Shown here: one piece after another, positions 61,704 through 64,000 of the stretch
Position numbering within the stretch: the stretch's first letter is position 1
Layout: every line of letters starts with the position of its first letter
Notes under the pieces: model-generated
What the model saw: only the letters and a program-made list of their open reading frames with translations
Told to the model about the DNA's origin: nothing
Databases searched by the model: none
Translations under genes and position numbers: made by a program
NCBI GenBank assembly: GCA_041648935.1
Contig: JBAZOA010000001.1
Span: 2,433-66,432 of the forward strand
DNA: 64,000 nucleotides
Origin: Candidatus Omnitrophota bacterium
GTDB lineage: Bacteria > Omnitrophota > Gorgyraeia > Gorgyraeales > Gorgyraeaceae
Direction of reading: 5' to 3'

Positions 61704-62924
61704 ATGAAATTCGGACAGATCGTGCCTGAAAAAATATGCCTGGCCTGCGACGTGTGCTGCAGGTTCATAGATAAAGACAGCCCGCTGAGGCCCTTTTTCT
61801 TCCCGAAAGAAATAACGGCCGGGATAAGGCCGCGCCTGGATAAGTCAGGACGGATTTCCCTGAAAAAACACCCGGACATACATACCTGTCCTTTTTTTAA
61901 TTTAAAAAACAATAAATGCGCCATCTACGCCAAGAGACCCCTTGACTGCCGGCTCTACCCGTTCACCGTGATGTTCGGCGTGAACAAAGAAAAGATCATC
62001 CTGGGACTGGACACCAAATGCCCCTTTGCCGCCGACTCAAAAAATCAGGCCGCGCTTAAAAAATATTCCTCCTGGCTCGTGAGCGCGCTTGAAACTGAAA
62101 AGGCCGCGGGACTCATCGCGTCAAATCCCTTATTTATAGGCGGCTTCCAGGATGATGTCGTAAAAATCGCCTGTCTTGACAGGATCGCGAAGATCCTTAT
62201 ACATGACCCCGCGAAAAACGGATTCAGGCCGCTCGCCCTGAAAGACAGGCGGGCCCTTGGCCATTTCAGAGAACCGTTTGTGAATCTGTACATATGGAAA
62301 GACCTGAATCCTGTCTGGTGGAAAAAAGAAGGCGGAAAGATAAAACTCCTCCTGGAAACTGAATCAGGATACATTGATTATTCCTCCATAAAAAAATTTC
62401 CCGATTACATCTACTTAAGAAAAGACCTGGCTGAACTGAAAGGCAAGAGATACAGGCACAAGAGGGCGAGCTGTAATCACTTCGCGAAAAATTACAAATT
62501 CCGGTATCTGCCGTACAGGGAAAACATGAAAAACGAGTGCCTCAGGCTTTTTTCCAGATGGGCCGCTGAAAGAAAGAAAAAATTCAATGACCCGTATTAC
62601 CGCTGTCTTTTAAAAGACAGCTCCTCGGCCCACAGGACCGCCATGGAAAATCACAAGGCCCTGGGCCTTGTCGGCAGGGTCATAAAAATAAAAGGCGGGA
62701 TTCGCGGCTATGCCTTTGGGTTCAAGCTGAAAAAGGACACCTTCTGCGTCTTATTGGAAGTAACTGATCTGAAATTCAACGGCATATCGGAATTTATTTT
62801 CAGGGAATTCTGCAAGGAAATGTCCGGCTACAGATACATCAACACCATGGACGACTCCGGGCTTGAAAACCTGCGCGCCTCAAAGCTCTCTTATCACCCC
62901 ATAAATCATCCCCAGCAGATGTGA
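61704..62924 (+). CDS. YkgJ-type CxxCxxCC Fe-S/zinc-chelating domain fused to a DUF2156 (phosphatidylglycerol lysyltransferase C-terminal, GNAT-like) domain
   Basis: N-terminus CLACDVCC...C...C (UPF0153/YkgJ pattern). C-terminal ~280 aa resembles DUF2156. Confidence 0.45.
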   Translation: MKFGQIVPEKICLACDVCCRFIDKDSPLRPFFFPKEITAGIRPRLDKSGRISLKKHPDIHTCPFFNLKNNKCAIYAKRPLDCRLYPFTVMFGVNKEKIILGLDTKCPFAADSKNQAALKKYSSWLVSALETEKAAGLIASNPLFIGGFQDDVVKIACLDRIAKILIHDPAKNGFRPLALKDRRALGHFREPFVNLYIWKDLNPVWWKKEGGKIKLLLETESGYIDYSSIKKFPDYIYLRKDLAELKGKRYRHKRASCNHFAKNYKFRYLPYRENMKNECLRLFSRWAAERKKKFNDPYYRCLLKDSSSAHRTAMENHKALGLVGRVIKIKGGIRGYAFGFKLKKDTFCVLLEVTDLKFNGISEFIFREFCKEMSGYRYINTMDDSGLENLRASKLSYHPINHPQQM

Positions 62925-64000
62925 TCAAAATCGCAGTAATCGCATTTCTTCCTGTCGCGTTCCGGAAGTTTCTCGAAACGAAGCTCCTGTATGCCTCTCC
63001 AGGTATTCTTTATTACGCTGACGATCTCATCTACCATCTCGTCCGTGAGGGCTACCTTGAACTCCGTGGGTTCGCCCTTTTTTATGCCGTACCTGATGAG
63101 ATTTTCCCTGGCGGGCTCCACGAACGCCAGGACCCCGTGGGTGACTATGAGATCCTTGTCCTGCCGCGTCGTGTCCCTTTCATATAAAAGCTTATAACAC
63201 ACAAGCTGTCTGAAATAACCATCGCAATTCTCGTCCTCCAGGCTCCTGACATCGAATATGCCCCTGGCGTGCTTGTTGGGCTGGCCTGTCTTGTAATCCA
63301 CCACCCTGACTGATTTTTGTTTTGCGTCCTCGGTCTCCAGTTTATCGTATTTTCCGGTAAATATTATCCCGTCTATATTGATGGGCATGCGGTTTTCAAG
63401 GCCCAGCGGCTTTATCGGCCTTGAGGCGAGCCTTTCATAATATCTCCTGATACCCTCAAATTGGTCCCTGCACCTCAGCTCAACGCCCTTTTCAGGGCCC
63501 TGGAATTTCAGCGCGTCCGAAAACTTCTCCTTGAAAAACTGAAAATCAGGGAACCTGCCCTTTCTCATGTACTCCAGGAATAAATGCTCCAGGCCGCTAT
63601 GCACCGCGTTTCCGAATATCAGGCTCTGTTTTTTTCCAGACGGAAGCATGAGGACATTATCATAGAGAAACTTCCTCCCGCACTCCAGGTAATTATTCAG
63701 GCTCGTGGGATTGAGCCTGATATCCGCCACCAGATCCCTCAGGACCTCCTCGGTGCCTATGAACGGGTCTTCGAGCCTGGTCTTTTCCAGGGATTTGACG
63801 AGCGTCTCTTCCTCGCCCAGCCCGGATCCCATGGCGGCGGGGCCCATCCTGCTTAAAAAAGAACTGGAAACGGAGTTTTCTTCCGGGCTCGATGTAAAGA
63901 TAATATTGCTCTTCGCCCTTGAGACAGCCACGTAGAAAAGCCTTGCCTCGTCAAAATGATGGAGCTCTTTTATCCTCTCTTTGTTATCCACCCTTTCCAT
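62906..64000 (-). CDS. Partial (C-terminal 364 aa) UvrD-family helicase / PD-(D/E)xK nuclease (AddA/AddB-like); N-terminus beyond window
   Basis: LFYVAVSRAK is the UvrD C-terminal motif, and the C-terminal CDYCDFDHIC Cys cluster is typical of the AddB/Cas4-type nuclease Fe-S domain. The ORF is open to the window edge. Confidence 0.5.
   Translation of the reverse strand: MERVDNKERIKELHHFDEARLFYVAVSRAKSNIIFTSSPEENSVSSSFLSRMGPAAMGSGLGEEETLVKSLEKTRLEDPFIGTEEVLRDLVADIRLNPTSLNNYLECGRKFLYDNVLMLPSGKKQSLIFGNAVHSGLEHLFLEYMRKGRFPDFQFFKEKFSDALKFQGPEKGVELRCRDQFEGIRRYYERLASRPIKPLGLENRMPINIDGIIFTGKYDKLETEDAKQKSVRVVDYKTGQPNKHARGIFDVRSLEDENCDGYFRQLVCYKLLYERDTTRQDKDLIVTHGVLAFVEPARENLIRYGIKKGEPTEFKVALTDEMVDEIVSVIKNTWRGIQELRFEKLPERDRKKCDYCDFDHICWG

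Noticed and set aside
1-64000. rRNA, tRNA, tmRNA, integrase/transposase genes, and toxin-antitoxin or restriction-modification defence cassettes
   Set aside because: No 16S/23S-like conserved blocks, no cloverleaf-like tRNA candidates in intergenic spaces, and no transposase or integrase motifs were seen. The MoxR/vWA genes belong to a canonical Bat operon rather than a defence island.

Overview
This 64 kb window is gene-dense bacterial DNA with no rRNA, tRNA, CRISPR array or recognisable transposon. Nearly every gene is on the minus strand; the one plus-strand gene is at 61704..62924. The domain content suggests an anaerobe from a poorly characterised lineage, perhaps an Omnitrophota/candidate-phylum type of genome, but lineage assignment is speculative.

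The window contains:
- **Type IV pilus (Tfp) machinery in two blocks.** The first (1..9578) holds a partial pilA at the window edge, pilC, pilB, and PilX/PilW/PilV-like minor pilins, interleaved with two nuclease genes and a PilZ-domain protein. The second (28650..40872) holds two tandem secretins, PilP/PilO-like proteins, a PilM-PilN fusion, a 600-aa secreted beta-sandwich protein, and a 1036-aa GspK-like pseudopilin carrying a lamin-tail domain and a ComEA-type HhH DNA-binding motif.
- **A 12 kb energy-converting hydrogenase supercluster (9637..21362).** It combines a group 4 [NiFe]-hydrogenase (NuoB/C/D/H/I-like subunits, intact NiFe cysteine motifs), a complete Mrp antiporter-like module (A to G), a HycB/CooF-like ferredoxin, and a sulfhydrogenase/AsrAB-like HydB-HydG pair. 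It is followed by a NIL-domain ferredoxin, a UPF0280/ApbE-like protein, and a hypA-hypE-hypD-hypC cluster. A truncated HypF consisting only of the C-terminal Kae1-like domain follows, and no hypB is present.
- **A MetE-like methyltransferase gene followed by a LacI-family regulator gene, at 26627..28653.**
- **Housekeeping genes:** gpmA, dcd, and a class II (B12-dependent) ribonucleotide reductase nrdJ.
- **A giant 2038-aa multi-domain ORF** with two P-loop kinase-like motifs and a HAD motif.
- **A complete Bat aerotolerance operon** (moxR, DUF58, DUF167, DUF4381, batA to batE), then htpX, a peptidoglycan-binding lipoprotein, a YkgJ/DUF2156 fusion, and the 3' end of a UvrD-helicase/PD-(D/E)xK nuclease gene running off the window.

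The most unusual signals are two families of intergenic palindromic repeats:
- **E1**, about 40 bp with arms CTAAGTTGACA and an AAAGGAG-containing spacer, in four copies. Each abuts or overlaps the stop codon of the gene upstream and lies 13-48 nt before the start of the next minus-strand gene (the pilus-associated PilZ-domain gene, the bifunctional nuclease gene, hypC, batB).
- **E2**, perfect 40-42 bp palindromes centred on TTTAAA, in two copies inside the hydrogenase operon. The two copies differ by compensatory changes that keep each palindrome perfect.

Several sigma-70-like promoters of the form TTGACA-N16/17-TATACT or TATAAT, and two hairpin terminators, could be read directly from the sequence.
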